Source: Macrostomum lignano | Taxonomy: Eukaryota | Length of the DNA: 64,000 nt | Direction of reading: 5' to 3' | Assembly: GCA_002269645.1 (NCBI GenBank) | Contig: NIVC01000186.1 | Location: 620,001-684,000 of the forward strand | The notes under the pieces: generated by a model | Told to the model about the DNA's origin: nothing | Seen by the model: the letters and a program-made list of their open reading frames with translations, nothing else | Databases searched by the model: none | In this document: one piece after another, positions 50,983-63,234 of the stretch | Layout of the letters: every line of letters begins with the position of its first letter | How positions within the stretch are numbered: position 1 is the first letter of the stretch | Program-made: the position numbers and the translations under genes

Positions 50983-53900
50983 CATAGTTGCCACCCCTGC
51001 TCAAATTTTGAGCAATTGCTCAAAAAAATTTAAGCTGCTCAAATGCTCAATTTTATTTGGTTCTGCTCAAAAAAGTAATTATTTTTTTGCTTGTCTATTT
51101 TTTACTTCTATTGCTAAAAAGTCATTCTAAATAAAGTAAGAAAGGTCAAAATGATTCTTGTTCCTTCTTTTTGGGTCATTAGTTTTGTAATTTTCTCTAT
51201 AAACTTATACGTATAAGTCTATGTATAAGTATATTATATGTATAAGTAGTGAAAGTACTAAAGTGGGAATCTAGGGAAGTAGTAGTTTAGGTACTACGCT
51301 CGTATAAAATTCAAGTCACATTTCAGCCACATTCTAATGCCCACTGATCGAAAAACGAAGTGGAATGCTACCTGGTTATCTGAACATGACCATTCTGGGG
51401 TCAAAATATCACGATGGTGCCAGAAAGACGACGACAATGACGATGAAGCCACATGTAGATTGTGCAACCGTGGAGTAAATTTTCGTCAACATGGCATTGC
51501 TGCTTTGCGACAACATGCTGATGGTGCAAAGCACAAGGCTCTTTCTCGGGCTATGGTTGCTGCTTACAGTCAGCAAAAAATCAATGCTTTTTTCCCAATC
51601 ACTCCATCTGAGAACCAACAACTAAAAAAAGTGGAGGCAGAGGCATCTTTGCCCCAACAGACCATGGCGGCGAGCCTACGATTCGGACTGCTTGTTGTTC
51701 GGAAAGACCTATCATTCAAAACTATGGACGAAATTTCTGAAACACTGCCTGTTGCTATTCCTGATAGCAGTGTTGCTCAGAACTTTTCATGTGGAAGAAC
51801 CAAGACAACGTACCTGGTCACTGATGCACTTGCCCCACATGCTAAGGAGGAAATGTTTAAGAGCCTTCGTGACTCTCCCTTTTCAATTCTGCTTGATGAG
51901 GGCACGAAACGTGACCGCTGCTGGCTGGTTTTACTGGCCCGCACTTTCTGCATTGAAAGGCAGAAGGTAATTCTTGTCTACATTGGTTCAGAGGAGCTTA
52001 AAAATTCATCGGCGTCAAATATGAAGGACACAGTTTTGTCGTTGCTATCCCAAGCCAAATTGCCTGCAAGGAATGTTATTTCCGTGATGACAGATTCCTG
52101 CAATGCAATGAGAGGTATGCGAGATAGCTTGATGAGTAATCCTTGTTGACAAAGATCCTGTCCCTAAAATAATTCACCTTTCACATTTCAGGCATCCACA
52201 ATGGACTTCTCACCAAGCTGAAAGATGCTATGCCGCAGCTTATTGATGTTGGAGGCTGCAGTCTCCATCATGTACATAATAGTGTTCAATATGCAACTAA
52301 GGCATTTGACAGCACTGGCGAGGCTGAAGGACTGATGGATGATGTCTATAACTATTTCCGATTTGTGAAAAGGCGCGGAGCATTCCATGAGGTATGAATT
52401 TAAACTTTGCTTAATCTTGAATGTGCTTTTCTTCCCTGACAAAAATTAAAATTTTTAGATTCAGGATGCACTGGACCTGGCTGAACACGTGTTCATCCGC
52501 CGAGTCGAAACTCGCTGGCTCCAGATTCTAAACGTCATTCGACGGATTCTAGAGCAATGGGAGGCCCTGAAGCTGCACTTTGAGAAAGCTAGTGCCTCAG
52601 AACTGGACAACATTCGGGCACGACGAATCAAGCTGGCCCTTACTGATGAGATGCTAGCCAAGCTCCAGTTCTTAAGCCAAGTGCTGCCAAGATGCGAAGC
52701 ATTCGAGAAAATTTTTCAGCGGGAGAGCACTCAGGTTCACCACTTGGCTTCTTCGCTGGAAAAGCTTTTTAGTGACATTCTTCTTTGCTTCATGCGGAGT
52801 GAAGTTGTTGAAAACAGCCGCTCTCTTTCAGACCTGGTTGACAGGGCTACTGATCGCAACAATCAACTAATGAACAAAGATCTAATCATCGGCTCGGCCA
52901 CCCGTGAGACTGTTGCACGGTTACGTCAGATGGAGCAGATTGGCTTTTTTAAGTCAGTTCGCTGCTTCTTTTCTGAAATTATTAGTCGACTGTTTGCCTA
53001 CTTACCTTTCAACAACAAGGTGCTTTCTGGCCTTCAGTTTGTGGATCCTGAATACATGTTGGGATCAGACTTCAACTTTGACAACAGCATTCTACGTGTT
53101 GGGCGTGCTATGAGCACAGTCATTTCTGCCGACTTGCTGGATGATATCCGGCTGGAAGCTACAAGGCTTCGACTGACCTGCCCAACTGAGAAAGCAAAGG
53201 AGACACCAGAGGCTTTTTGGGCACAGCTTTCTGTTGAAGATTATCCTCATCTTTCTAAACTAGGTCGTGCTGCCTGCTGCATACCGCACGGTAATGCAGA
53301 TAGTGAACGAGTTTTGAAATGGGTGGCCAACAACTTGACCAAGCAGCGCAATAGGCTAGGAGAAGTTACGCTGGACTCGATTTTGGCTGTGAAAGTTTGG
53401 ATGAAATGCAACAGCACTGGCCCAGCCAAGGTCACTATTGATTCTAACCTGCTGGACACAGCTTTTCAAGCCAAAAGCAAAGCCGATGAGCGACGACGAG
53501 CTAAGCAAAACGAAAAGGCCATGAAGCGACTTCAGCAAGCACTGGAGGAGCAGCGACGACTGGTTACTGAAAAGGAGAAAGAGCTCCAGCAGCAGAAGCA
53601 ACAAAAGCAGGCAGAGGCCCAAACAAAGATTGACGAAATGCGCAAGAAGGCTCAGGACATGCTCGCACTTGCTGATAAGGAGGAGCATGCCCTACGCAAG
53701 CGGCATGGTGACAGTGAAGAAGCAAAATCAAAGAAGAAGAAGAAATGACTATGTTTGTACATTTTATCAGCTTAAAATTTACTGAATGTTTGTAGTAACT
53801 ATAACTCTAAGCTTCATGCTGTAGTCTTTATTGTCTGAGGTGCTTCTTTTTATTTTTGTCTGCGCAACTTGAAACAATTTTCCTTGTACATGTAAACCAT

Positions 53901-54034
53901 TTTTGTTTTCGAATTTACTAAATGTCTGTCATAGTGAAAAGAAAAACTGGTTTGTGGGAAGGATGCGAGTTTTTGACCTGCGCTAAAAATTAGTCCTTGC
54001 GCTACTTTTCTTCAAAAACTGGGTGGCAACTATG
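50983..54034 (+). mobile_element. Full-length hAT DNA transposon (3052 bp)
   Basis: Perfect 14-bp TIRs CATAGTTGCCACCC / GGGTGGCAACTATG. Identical 8-bp TSD GATGGCGA at 50975-50982 and 54035-54042. Subterminal TGCTCAAA repeats at the left end. Confidence 0.95.
51337..53748 (+). CDS. hAT transposase, intact (755 aa, 3 exons)
   Basis: Exons 51337-52114, 52192-52391, 52459-53748 (77- and 67-bp GT-AG introns). BED-type zinc finger (W..CRLC..LRQHADGAKH), LLDEGT, VMTDSCNAM, CSLH (CxxH), TRW, NADSERV, basic C-terminus KSKKKKK. No stops or frameshifts after splicing. Confidence 0.88.
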
Positions 54035-54329
54035 GATGGCGATTAGGCGACGAAGGAAGCGCTTAACTTTTCTTGATCTGCTGCTATTCGAAAGCGAGAC
54101 TGGTGCCAAGCTAACCGATTCGGACATTCGGGAGGAGGTGGACACCTTCATGTTCGAGGGCCACGACACCACTGCCGCCGCTATGACCTGGTGCCTGTTC
54201 CTGCTGGGCCGGCATCCCGACGTCCAGGCCGAGGTGCACAAGGAAATCGACGCCATCTGGGAAGAGGTATCAGTCTGTCTGTGCTGTATTTCTCAGGTTC
54301 AACCAAAACTGTACTCCGTGATTACTTCA

Positions 54330-55145
54330 GATCCTCCGATAGGCTACCAGAACTCGCAGATCCTCAGGTTGGGCTACCAGAACTCTCAGATCCTCCAATT
54401 GGACTACCAGAACTCTCAGATCCTCCAATTGGACTACCAGAACTCTCAGATCCTCAGATTGGACTACCAGAACTCTCAGATCCTCATACTGGGCTACCAG
54501 AAGCCTTCAGATCCTCAGACTGAGCTACCAGGACTCTCAGATCCTCAGACTGAGCTACCAGAACTCTCAGATCCTCAAATTGGGCTACCAGAACTCTCAG
54601 ATCCTCAAATTGGGCTACCAGAACTCGCAGATCCTCAGGTTGGGCTACCAGAACTCTCAGATCCTCCAATTGGACTACCAGAACTCTCAGATCCTCCAAT
54701 TGGACTACCAGAACTCTCAGATCCTCCAATTGGACTACCAGAACTCTCAGATCCTCAGATTGGACTACCAGAACTCTCAGATCCTCATACTGGGCTACCA
54801 GAAGCCTTCAGATCCTCAGACTGAGCTACCAGGACTCTCAGATCCTCAGACTGAGCTACCAGAACTCTCAGATCCTCAAATTGGGCTACCAGAACTCTCA
54901 GATCCTCAAATTGGGCTACCAGAACCCGTAGATCCTCAAATTGGGCTACCAGAAGCCTTCAGATCCTCAGACTGAGCTACCAGAAGCCTTTAGATCCTCA
55001 GACTGAGCTACCAGAAGCCTTCAGATCCTCAGACTGAGCTACCAGAACTCTCAGATCCTCAAATTGGGCTACCAGAACTCTCAGATCCTCAAATTGGGCT
55101 ACCAGAAGCCTTCAGCTGCTCAGACTGAGCTACCAGAAGCCTTCA
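54330..55145. repeat. 29-30-bp minisatellite, CYP4 intron 2
   Basis: CTACCAGAACTCTCAGATCCTCAAATTGGG units with a duplicated block of variants. Confidence 0.93.
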
Positions 55146-55779
55146 TATCCTATATAAATAGTAGTTCTATAGCCAGAAAGCAACAAAACTCGCAGGGACG
55201 CCTCAGCCCCGAGGGCCACCTGACTTCCGAATGCCTGAACCAGCTGAGCCTGTTGGACCGCTGCGTCAAGGAGGCCCTCCGCATCTATCCGTCTGTGCCG
55301 TTCTTTGGCCGCGAAGCAGCTGAAGACATCGAAGTGGACGGCTACACAATCACCGCCGGCACCACGGTGCTGGCTCTGGCCACTCAGCTGCACCGCGATC
55401 CCGAATATTTCCCCGAGCCGGAGAAATTCAACCCGGACAGATTCCTGCCAGAGGCTGTGCGCGGACGCAATCCTTATGCCTATGTGCCTTTCTCTGCTGG
55501 GCCTCGCAACTGCATCGGCGCTAAGTTTGCCCAACTAGAAGAGAAAGCCGTGCTGTGCTGGTTTCTAAGGCACTATGACGTCACCAGCCTGCAGACTGAG
55601 GAGGAGGTTGACCCGGCCGGGGAGCTTATTCTGCGTCCGGCTCACGGTATTCGACTGCGGGTGCAGAGGAGGAACGTCTGATTCGAAATATTGATGTGTT
55701 GGAAGAACTGACAGATAACTTTGCGAGTTTCATGGGATTAATATGTTTGATTAAAAAAACCGGAGTGATACTTCGGAGT

Positions 55780-56716
55780 GTTTTTTCTCGTGTGATTCTA
55801 GCGAGTGATTCTTTAGAGTGATTTTAACGAGTGACTCTTTAGAGTGATCCCTTGCTTGTGTGACTCTTTGGAGTGATTCAAATGAGTGACTCTTCGGAGT
55901 GATTCTAGCAAGTGACTCTTCGGAGTGATTCTAGCGAGTGACTCTTCGGAGTGATTCTAGCAAGTGACTCTTCGGAGTGATTCTAGCGAGTGACTCTTCG
56001 GAGTGATTCAAATGAGTGACTCTTCGGAGTGATTCTAGCAAGTGACTCTTCGGAGTGATTCTAGCGAGTGACTCTTCGGAGTGATTCTAGTGAGTGACTC
56101 TTCGGAGATATTCTAGCGAGTGACTCTTCGGAGTGATTCTAGCGAGTGACTCTTCGGAGTGATTCAAATGAGTGACTCTTCGGAGTGATTCTAGCAAGTG
56201 ACTCTTCGGAGTGATTCTAGCGAGTGACTCTTCGGAGTGATTCTAGTGAGTGACTCTTCGGAGATATTCTAGCGAGTGACTCTTCGGAGTGATTCTAGCG
56301 AGTGACTCTTCGGAGTGATTCAAATGAGTGACTCTTCGGAGTGATTCTAGCAAGTGACTCTTCGGAGTGATTCTAGCGAGTGACTCTTCGGAGTGATTCT
56401 AGTGAGTGACTCTTCGGAGTGATTCTAGCGAGTGACTCTTCGGAGTGATTCTAGCGAGTGACTCTTCGGAGTAATTCAAATGGGTGACTCTTCGGAGTGA
56501 TTCTAGCGAGTGACTCTTCGGAGTAATTCAAATGGGTGACTCTTCGGAGTGATTCTAGCAAGTGACTCTTCGGAGTGATTCTAGCGAGTGACTCTTCGGA
56601 GATATTCTAGCGAGTGACTCTTCGGAGTGATTCAAATGAGTGACTCTTCGGAGTGATTCAAATGAGTGACTCTTCAGAGTGATTCTAGCGAGTGACTCTT
56701 CGGAGTGATTCTAGCG
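55780..56716. repeat. 26-bp satellite with 156-bp higher-order repeat
   Basis: GAGTGACTCTTCGGAGTGATTCTAGC; the CAAATG variant recurs at 56009, 56165 and 56321. Confidence 0.95.
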
Positions 56717-57420
56717 ATGGACCCTTTACACGTGACCTGTGTGCCATTTTTATTACTTTGCCAAATGATTTTTTCAGTAAATAGCTAATTTTTATAAATT
56801 TATCGTTCTCTTATTGTCTCGGCTCAAAAAGTTTTGTCATAGAATAATTCGATTCTATTTCGTCATATAATTAGTCATAGTAGATCATTATGCAAGTCAT
56901 GACCAGATTTTTTAATCCTATCCTTTTACATTTTTTATACGATTGGCTTGAGTATTGAGTCGTTGTCGCAGCACAGAATTATTTGCATCCATTCTAATCC
57001 TTTCTAATTCCGTATAGATCATGCGTTTGTTGTCCCCGATTTCAAACTTTTGTTCCAATTTTAAAATAAAATAAATCAATAAATTTTTATATATTGATTT
57101 TCATCTTGATGCAGATGTTGCTGTTGATCAGTGTTTACTTTTTATTTGAAAATTAACTCTTAGGCGACTCTTTGATGATTTTTGGCGATCGTGACATCTC
57201 GTCCTTTTTAGGGTCGTGTAGAGTCACTTCTTTCCTATTTCACCTGTGTTGCTTGCAATGACTCTGGATCGACGCAAGTTGCTCTTTGGCATTGGTACTG
57301 TTTTCATAACCCATGAAAACCCAAGATAACCCACCCCATTATCCTTAATATATCAATCCCGTAGTTAAATAGTGATTCTGCTGCTAATTGAGGTCCTACT
57401 TTGATGCTAATCCGGTTTCC

Positions 57421-58347
57421 ATGGCGGAGCGCTCGGCCGCCTATCAGCTTCATCATGTGCAGCATCAGCAGCAACAACAACAGCAGCATCTGCAGACTCG
57501 CGTTAGCGATCATGCCTTCTGGGAGCAGGAGATGCGCGCGATTCAAGCCATCCCATCGGAACTGTCTGCATTCAAAAGCGCGGAGTTGCCGTTGGCTCGA
57601 ATCAAAAAGATTATGAAATTAGATGACGATGTTAAGACTATGATGATCGCAGCCGAGGCCCCGCTATTGTTCTCCAAGGCGGCTGAGATCTTCATTCGCG
57701 AGCTCACCTATCGAGCCTGGATGCACACAGAGCGGGCCAGACGGCGGACTCTTCAGCGTAACGATATTGCGCTAAGCGTTGGCGATCCGGAAACTGATCA
57801 ATTCGACTTTCTTATCGACATTGTGCCGAGAGATACGCCGCCGCCGTCGCTTCCGCCTCATCAGCAGCATCAGATGGCGCATTATCAACAGCAAACAGCA
57901 ATTGCTGGGCATAACAGCGCCAGCGCCGGTAGCAGCAGCAAGAATAACAATAATCACAATACTAATAATAATATTAATAAGTCCACTTCATCCTCGGCCG
58001 GCTCCTCGGCATCATCAACAATGGCGGCTGTGATCAGCAGCGGCGGTGGCTCGGCGCCAGTTCAATACGTTATCCAATTGCCAGTTGGTGCGGCTGCTGG
58101 TGGCCAGCTGGTTGGAGGCAGTGCCGGCCTGCAAGTTCAGTCACAGTCTCAGCAGCAGCAGCCGATGCAGATCTTCATCAGTCATCAGGAGGCCGCTGCA
58201 GCTGCCGCCGCTGCCGCTCCTACATCCGTAACGGTTTCTACTAGCATCCAGCCGGTTGACGTTAAGCCAATCATTACAACCGCGACGATGGTCAGTTCCT
58301 CAGCGACATCATCTGCTGCTGGTCCACCTGCACATGCCCAACTGTAG
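57421..58347 (+). CDS. NFYC: Nuclear transcription factor Y subunit C, intronless CDS (308 aa)
   Basis: Histone-fold core [69 protein letters not shown], then a Q/A/S-rich tail. First ATG of the ORF at 57421. Confidence 0.92.
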   Translation: MAERSAAYQLHHVQHQQQQQQQHLQTRVSDHAFWEQEMRAIQAIPSELSAFKSAELPLARIKKIMKLDDDVKTMMIAAEAPLLFSKAAEIFIRELTYRAWMHTERARRRTLQRNDIALSVGDPETDQFDFLIDIVPRDTPPPSLPPHQQHQMAHYQQQTAIAGHNSASAGSSSKNNNNHNTNNNINKSTSSSAGSSASSTMAAVISSGGGSAPVQYVIQLPVGAAAGGQLVGGSAGLQVQSQSQQQQPMQIFISHQEAAAAAAAAAPTSVTVSTSIQPVDVKPIITTATMVSSSATSSAAGPPAHAQL

Positions 58348-58464
58348 CGAGGGTCATTGGCGTTATTGTTTTAGTGATTGTTTTGTTCAGGTATTTCTGG
58401 TTTAGCTCTGAATAGTACTACTTGGTACTAGGACAAATTTGTTTGAAGTATTATGATTCTGTAT

Positions 58465-58830
58465 TTCCCTTCCAGACTCTTATGTTTAGAACCCCGTGTT
58501 TCACGGTTTGGGTTCCCTGTCCAGACACTAAGTTTAGAACTCCATGTTTCACTGGTTGAGTTCCCTTCCTAGACTCTGGGTTTAGAACTCCATGTTTCAC
58601 TAGTTGAGTTCCCTTTCTAGACTCTGGGCTTAGAACTCCATGTTTCACTGGTTGATTTCCCTTTCCAGACTCTGGCTTTAGAACTCCATGTTTCACTGGT
58701 TGGGTTGCCTTTCCAAGCTCTGGGTTTAGAACTCCATGTTTCACTGGTTGAGTTCCCTTTCCAAACTATGGGTTTAGAACTCCGTGTTTCACTGATTGAG
58801 TTCCCTTTCCAGACTCTAGGTTTAGACCCT
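58465..58830. repeat. 48-bp minisatellite 3' of NF-YC
   Basis: TTCCCTTTCCAGACTCTGGGTTTAGAACTCCATGTTTCACTGGTTGAG, about 8 copies. Confidence 0.9.
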
Positions 58831-59334
58831 TGCTTGAGAACTTCGTATGCGTTCAACAAAGGTTAGTAATAAAAGTATATTAACAGATTTTCCTACCCTC
58901 TCGAGTGGGTTATGTCGAACTTTCCCAGTGTTAAAATTTTGCGTTTTTGGTTTGATATTCCTATTGTCCATTAAAATTAAGGTGATCTGTTGTTTATTTC
59001 AATTAGTAGTTAAGAAAAAAGTTATTCGAGCTGTTCAATCAGTTGGCACTGCGTTTTTTGTGAAATATTATATTTACTCTGCAAATTGTTTTTTTACTGT
59101 TTTCTGTAGCTTCTGCTTCCATAAGTAGTATGCAGAGTGTGCACCATTAATCAGTTGATTTGCTTGTGTTTTTATGAAAATACGCCTTACTGTCTTCCTT
59201 TGTTTCTGCTGATGCTAACGGAAAATATCCATCGATTTCTTGCATCTTAACTGAGGTGTTTTCTTTGAACAACTTCTCTTGTGTTGCTCAATTTGTTTTT
59301 TTATAGCTTCAATGTACGCATTGTGTCGACCAAA

Positions 59335-59710
59335 CTCCCCAGTGCACACTGCTCCGGACACAACCCCAATCCCGCCCATAAAACACCCCAGGGCACACTG
59401 CTCCCGACACAACCCCACCCATAAAACACCTCAGTGTACACTGCTCTCGACGTAGCCCACCCATAAAACACCCAGTGTACACTGCTCTCGACGTAGCCCA
59501 CCCATAAAACACCCAGTGTACACTGCTCTCGACGTAGCCCACCCATAAAACACCCAGTGTACACTGCTCTCGACACAACCCCACCCATAAAACACCCCAG
59601 TGTACACTGCTCCCGACACAACCCCACCCATAAAACACCCCAGTGCACACTGCTCCCGACACAACCCCACCCATAAAACACCCCAGTGTACACTGCTCCC
59701 GACACAACTC
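59335..59710. repeat. 42-43-bp minisatellite, block 1
   Basis: CATAAAACACCCCAGTGTACACTGCTCCCGACACAACCCCACC units. Confidence 0.92.
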
Positions 59711-60504
59711 CTTCCGATTCTGGCCTGTTGACACATAAAAATGCTTCCATTTGATGCAAGCAGGTTCATTTTTATTATTTGTTATTTGTCCTTCGAATTG
59801 GTGCCAATAAAAAGTTGAAGTGCGATCAAAGATAGAAAAGTTATTCAGCCAGTTTTTCAGGTTTTCAATTTTTCCTGTTTAAGCTTGCTTGTGGCCTTTC
59901 TGTGTACTCCTGTTTTCTTGTTTAAGCATTGCTGCGGGCATATAATGCAAACTGTTTAAGTTCATTCCAGTAGTTTTTATCGCTAATTGTTGTGTATGAG
60001 CGCAAAGCCATGCTTGTGCGTCAGTTGTTTTTATGTAGTGTATCATTATCGGCAGAATAGAAGCAAAATTATGGATATTATTTAATAAGCGGCAGCAGAT
60101 TTCACTGTTAGTATGATAACTGTTTGAGTGTCAGGTGAGCCTATTATTCATATTATCATTACTATTACTATTATCTTTATCACTACTGTTTCACTATTAT
60201 TATTCGAATTTAAGTTAATATTAATCGCAATAAACTGGCGAGTTCATTAAAACGATTATTTATTTTGCTTTTTGTCGTCCTAATTTTTAATAGTCTTTTA
60301 GTTCAAGATTATGGTAATATTTGGTTTTAGTTTGATTGCTTTACTCTCATTCTCGCGTAAGTTTCATGTTGCATCCTTGACAGTTTCAGCGCAACACTTC
60401 GTTTTAGGTGATTATTGTTTCGTTACCGAGGAATTCAAAACACTAGAAATTTCTAGACACCAAGTATTTAATTTATTATATATTGAATTAACAAAAGCTT
60501 ATTC

Positions 60505-61165
60505 CACAAACACCCCAGTGTAGGCTGCTCCCGACACAACCCCATCCATAAAACACCCCAGTGTACACTGCTCCCGACGCAACCCCATCCATAAAACACC
60601 CCAGTGTACACTGCTCCCGACGCAACCCCAGCCATAAAACACCCCAGTGTACACTGCTCCCGACACAACCCCAGCCATAAAACACACCAGTGCACACTGC
60701 TCCCGACACAACCCCATCCATAAAACACCCCAGTGTACACTGCTCCCGACGCAACCCCATCCATAAAACACCCCAGTGCACACTGCTCCCGACGCAACCC
60801 CATCCATAAAACACCCCAGTGCACACTGCTCCCGACGCAACCCCACCCATAAAACACCCCAGTGCACACTGCTCCCGACGCAACCCCAGCCATAAAACAC
60901 CCCAGTGTACACTGCTCCCGACACAACCCCACTCATAAAACACCCCAGTGCACACTGCTCCCGACGCAACCCCAGCCATAAAACACCCCAGTGCACACTG
61001 CTCCCGACGCAACCCCACCCATAAAACACCCCAGTGCACACTGCTCCCGACGCAACCCCAGCCATAAAACACCCCAGTGTACACTGCTTCCGACACAACC
61101 CCACTCATAAAACACCCCAGTGCACACTGCTCCCGACGCAACCCCACCCATAAAACACCCCAGTG
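60505..61165. repeat. 43-bp minisatellite, block 2
   Basis: Same unit as block 1, about 15 copies, ending about 70 bp before the ATMIN ATG. Confidence 0.93.
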
Positions 61166-61236
61166 CAGGCTGCTTTAAATTTCTGTTATTTCATGAAGTT
61201 GCCAACTGTGCAGCGAGTTAACAGACGCTGACTAGC

Positions 61237-62639
61237 ATGCTTCCCGGCCAGGGGGATGGTGATCAACAGCGGCAGCAGCCGGCTGTACTGAAAATCACTC
61301 CAACAAAAGCCGAGCTCATTAGAGAGTTCAGCTGTCCGGAATTTCCGCTAGTATGCACTCTGTGCAATTTGCCATTCCGTTCCACTAGCAATCTGCGCTT
61401 TCACATGGTCAAGACTCACCGCTGCTCTGATCCGAGCGCCGCTCTGGCCGCGGCCGTGTCAGCGGCTCCGGAAATCAAGCGCTACCATTGTCCGGAGATC
61501 AACTGTCCGTATAGCGAGTTGCGGGGAGAGTTTTTTACAACTCTGTCTAGAGTTAAACAGGTTAGATGTTTTTTATTTTCGGCTTCGTGTGAGATGAGTT
61601 ACAGAATCTCCACGGCAGTGTCAGCAGGGAATTCCCTGCAGTGTCAGCAGGGAATCCCCCTAGCAGTGTCAGCAGGGAATCCCCCCTAGCAGTGTCAGCA
61701 GGGAATCCCCCCTAGCAGTGTCAGCAGAAAATCCCCCAGAAGTTTCAGCAGGGAATCCCCCCTAGCAGTGTCAGCAGGGAATCCCCTAGCAGTATTAGCA
61801 GGGAATCCTCCTAGCAGTGTCAGCAGGAAATCCCTTAAACAATTTCCAAACGCTCAATCCTGCAGCACTACAGCTGGAAGCACGTGGAGAAGAAATCCCA
61901 GTGCCGCTACTGTTCCCGCCGCTTCCCATCCGACTCTCTGCTCGGCCTTCACCTGCGCGACTGCGGCAGATTCTTCAATTGTGAAGAGTGCTCCCGGTTC
62001 TATCGGGATTTGAAAAACTTGCGCAGCCACTTCAAGAAGACTGGCCACGGCGCTAACAGCATCTTCAATCAGCGCCAACGACGCAGGCCGCAGTGCCGCG
62101 GACTGAAGAATGAACAGCGGCGGACTGGCAACGCCGAAGACGTTGATCTGGACGATCGAGTTGTTCAGAGTCCCGCCGCAGCCAGCGGCTTCGGTGGCGA
62201 CGTCAGCGCGTCGCTCGCCAGTGCTCCGGCCGTCAGTGAGTCGCCAAAGCCAATGAACCTGGTGATTGTGCTCACCGGCCTTGGCGGCGGCGCTCCCTCA
62301 GCCTCGGTGATGTCCGTCTCAGCTGATGCGGCCGCCGCCGCGGCTAAAGCTACGGCTGCCAGCAGCGCTAACGCCAGCGCTAATGCTAACAATGCATCGG
62401 GCCCAACAAGCCGTTACCGGCCGCTGGTGCCCCGGCCGCTGCCAACTGAGACCCGAGCCTGCCAGACAGACTCGGCCCTGACTAATGAGTTTCACCCGCC
62501 GTCTTACCTGTACAGCCAGCAGCAGCCAATGCTGTACAGGGCGCATCATCACACTGGCCCAGTGATGGTGCACGATCATGCCAGCTTCCGGGGCTCCAGC
62601 TGTTCCAATTTTGCTGTTGTGTCATTTCAAGATTCCAAT

Positions 62640-62682
<43 letters not shown>

Positions 62683-63041
62683 GCACTATGCATACTCAGA
62701 CAGAGTACACTTCTCCTATTGCTACGGATGGTTACTCTGTTGGGGTCCAGTACTCTTATCAGCAGCAGCAGCAGCAACAGCAGGCGACTCAATCGTCTCA
62801 ATCCAACAATTCCGGCATAACTCAAGGCGTCTGCGTTGGCTCCGGCGCCTCACCGCCCATCACTCTGGGCATTCAGGCTGGCCCAGATCCGCTTGAGCAG
62901 CTGCTCGACATGGAGACTCAAACTAACGACGCGTTCGGCAGCGGCTTTGCCGGCTGCGAGATGGAAACTCAAACTTACGAAGAGTTCGACTGGGAGACCG
63001 TGTTCGGCATTGTTAATCGGCGCTCCACTGGTGTGGGATAA
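61237..63041 (+). CDS. ATMIN: ATM interactor / ASCIZ zinc-finger protein (~499 aa, 2 exons)
   Basis: Exons 61237-61560 and 61866-63041 (phase 0). Four N-terminal fingers in ATMIN order: C2H2, CP..C..KQH..KH, C2HC ending LHLRDC, and one ending SHFKKTGH. C-terminal TQT-type motifs (ACQTD, MHTQTE, METQTND, METQTYE). Confidence 0.85.
61610..61830. repeat. 23-26-bp minisatellite in the ATMIN intron
   Basis: GCAGTGTCAGCAGGGAATCCCCCTA units. Confidence 0.88.
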
Positions 63042-63234
63042 TTTTCCCATTGATTTCCAGTAACCCAGTGGCCGTATTGATAATTGATGATTGATAAATA
63101 TAAAGCACCAATTCGTTTGCTATTGATATCTTCTGTTCTATAATTATGTCTAACATTGATCCAGTACACAGTTACAAGACAAAAGCCTTAAGTGCTTCAG
63201 CGTCTATGGATCCAAGCCTACCAAATCTACAATA

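Larger units (their letters stand above)
49021..55681 (+). pseudogene. Cytochrome P450 family 4 (CYP4V/CYP4C-like, 512 aa when reconstructed), disrupted by a hAT insertion in exon 2
   Basis: Exons 49021-49605, 50739-50982 + 54043-54266 (split by the transposon), 55196-55681. N-terminal hydrophobic anchor, WHSRRKMLTPAFH, CYP4 signature [16 protein letters not shown], heme motif FSAGPRNCIG. Removing the element and one TSD copy restores the frame ([22 protein letters not shown]). With the insertion, a TAG follows at 50985-50987. Confidence 0.88.

Noticed and set aside
53997-54975. ORFs with [10 protein letters not shown] / [10 protein letters not shown] repeats extending CYP4 exon 2
   Set aside because: A GT donor at 54267 and AG acceptor at 55195 give a normal-length P450; the repeats are the intronic 30-mer.
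58451-61151. Minus-strand repetitive ORFs (KHGVLNP..., GCVGSSVHW...)
   Set aside because: Translations of the 48- and 43-bp satellites, with no unique coding context.
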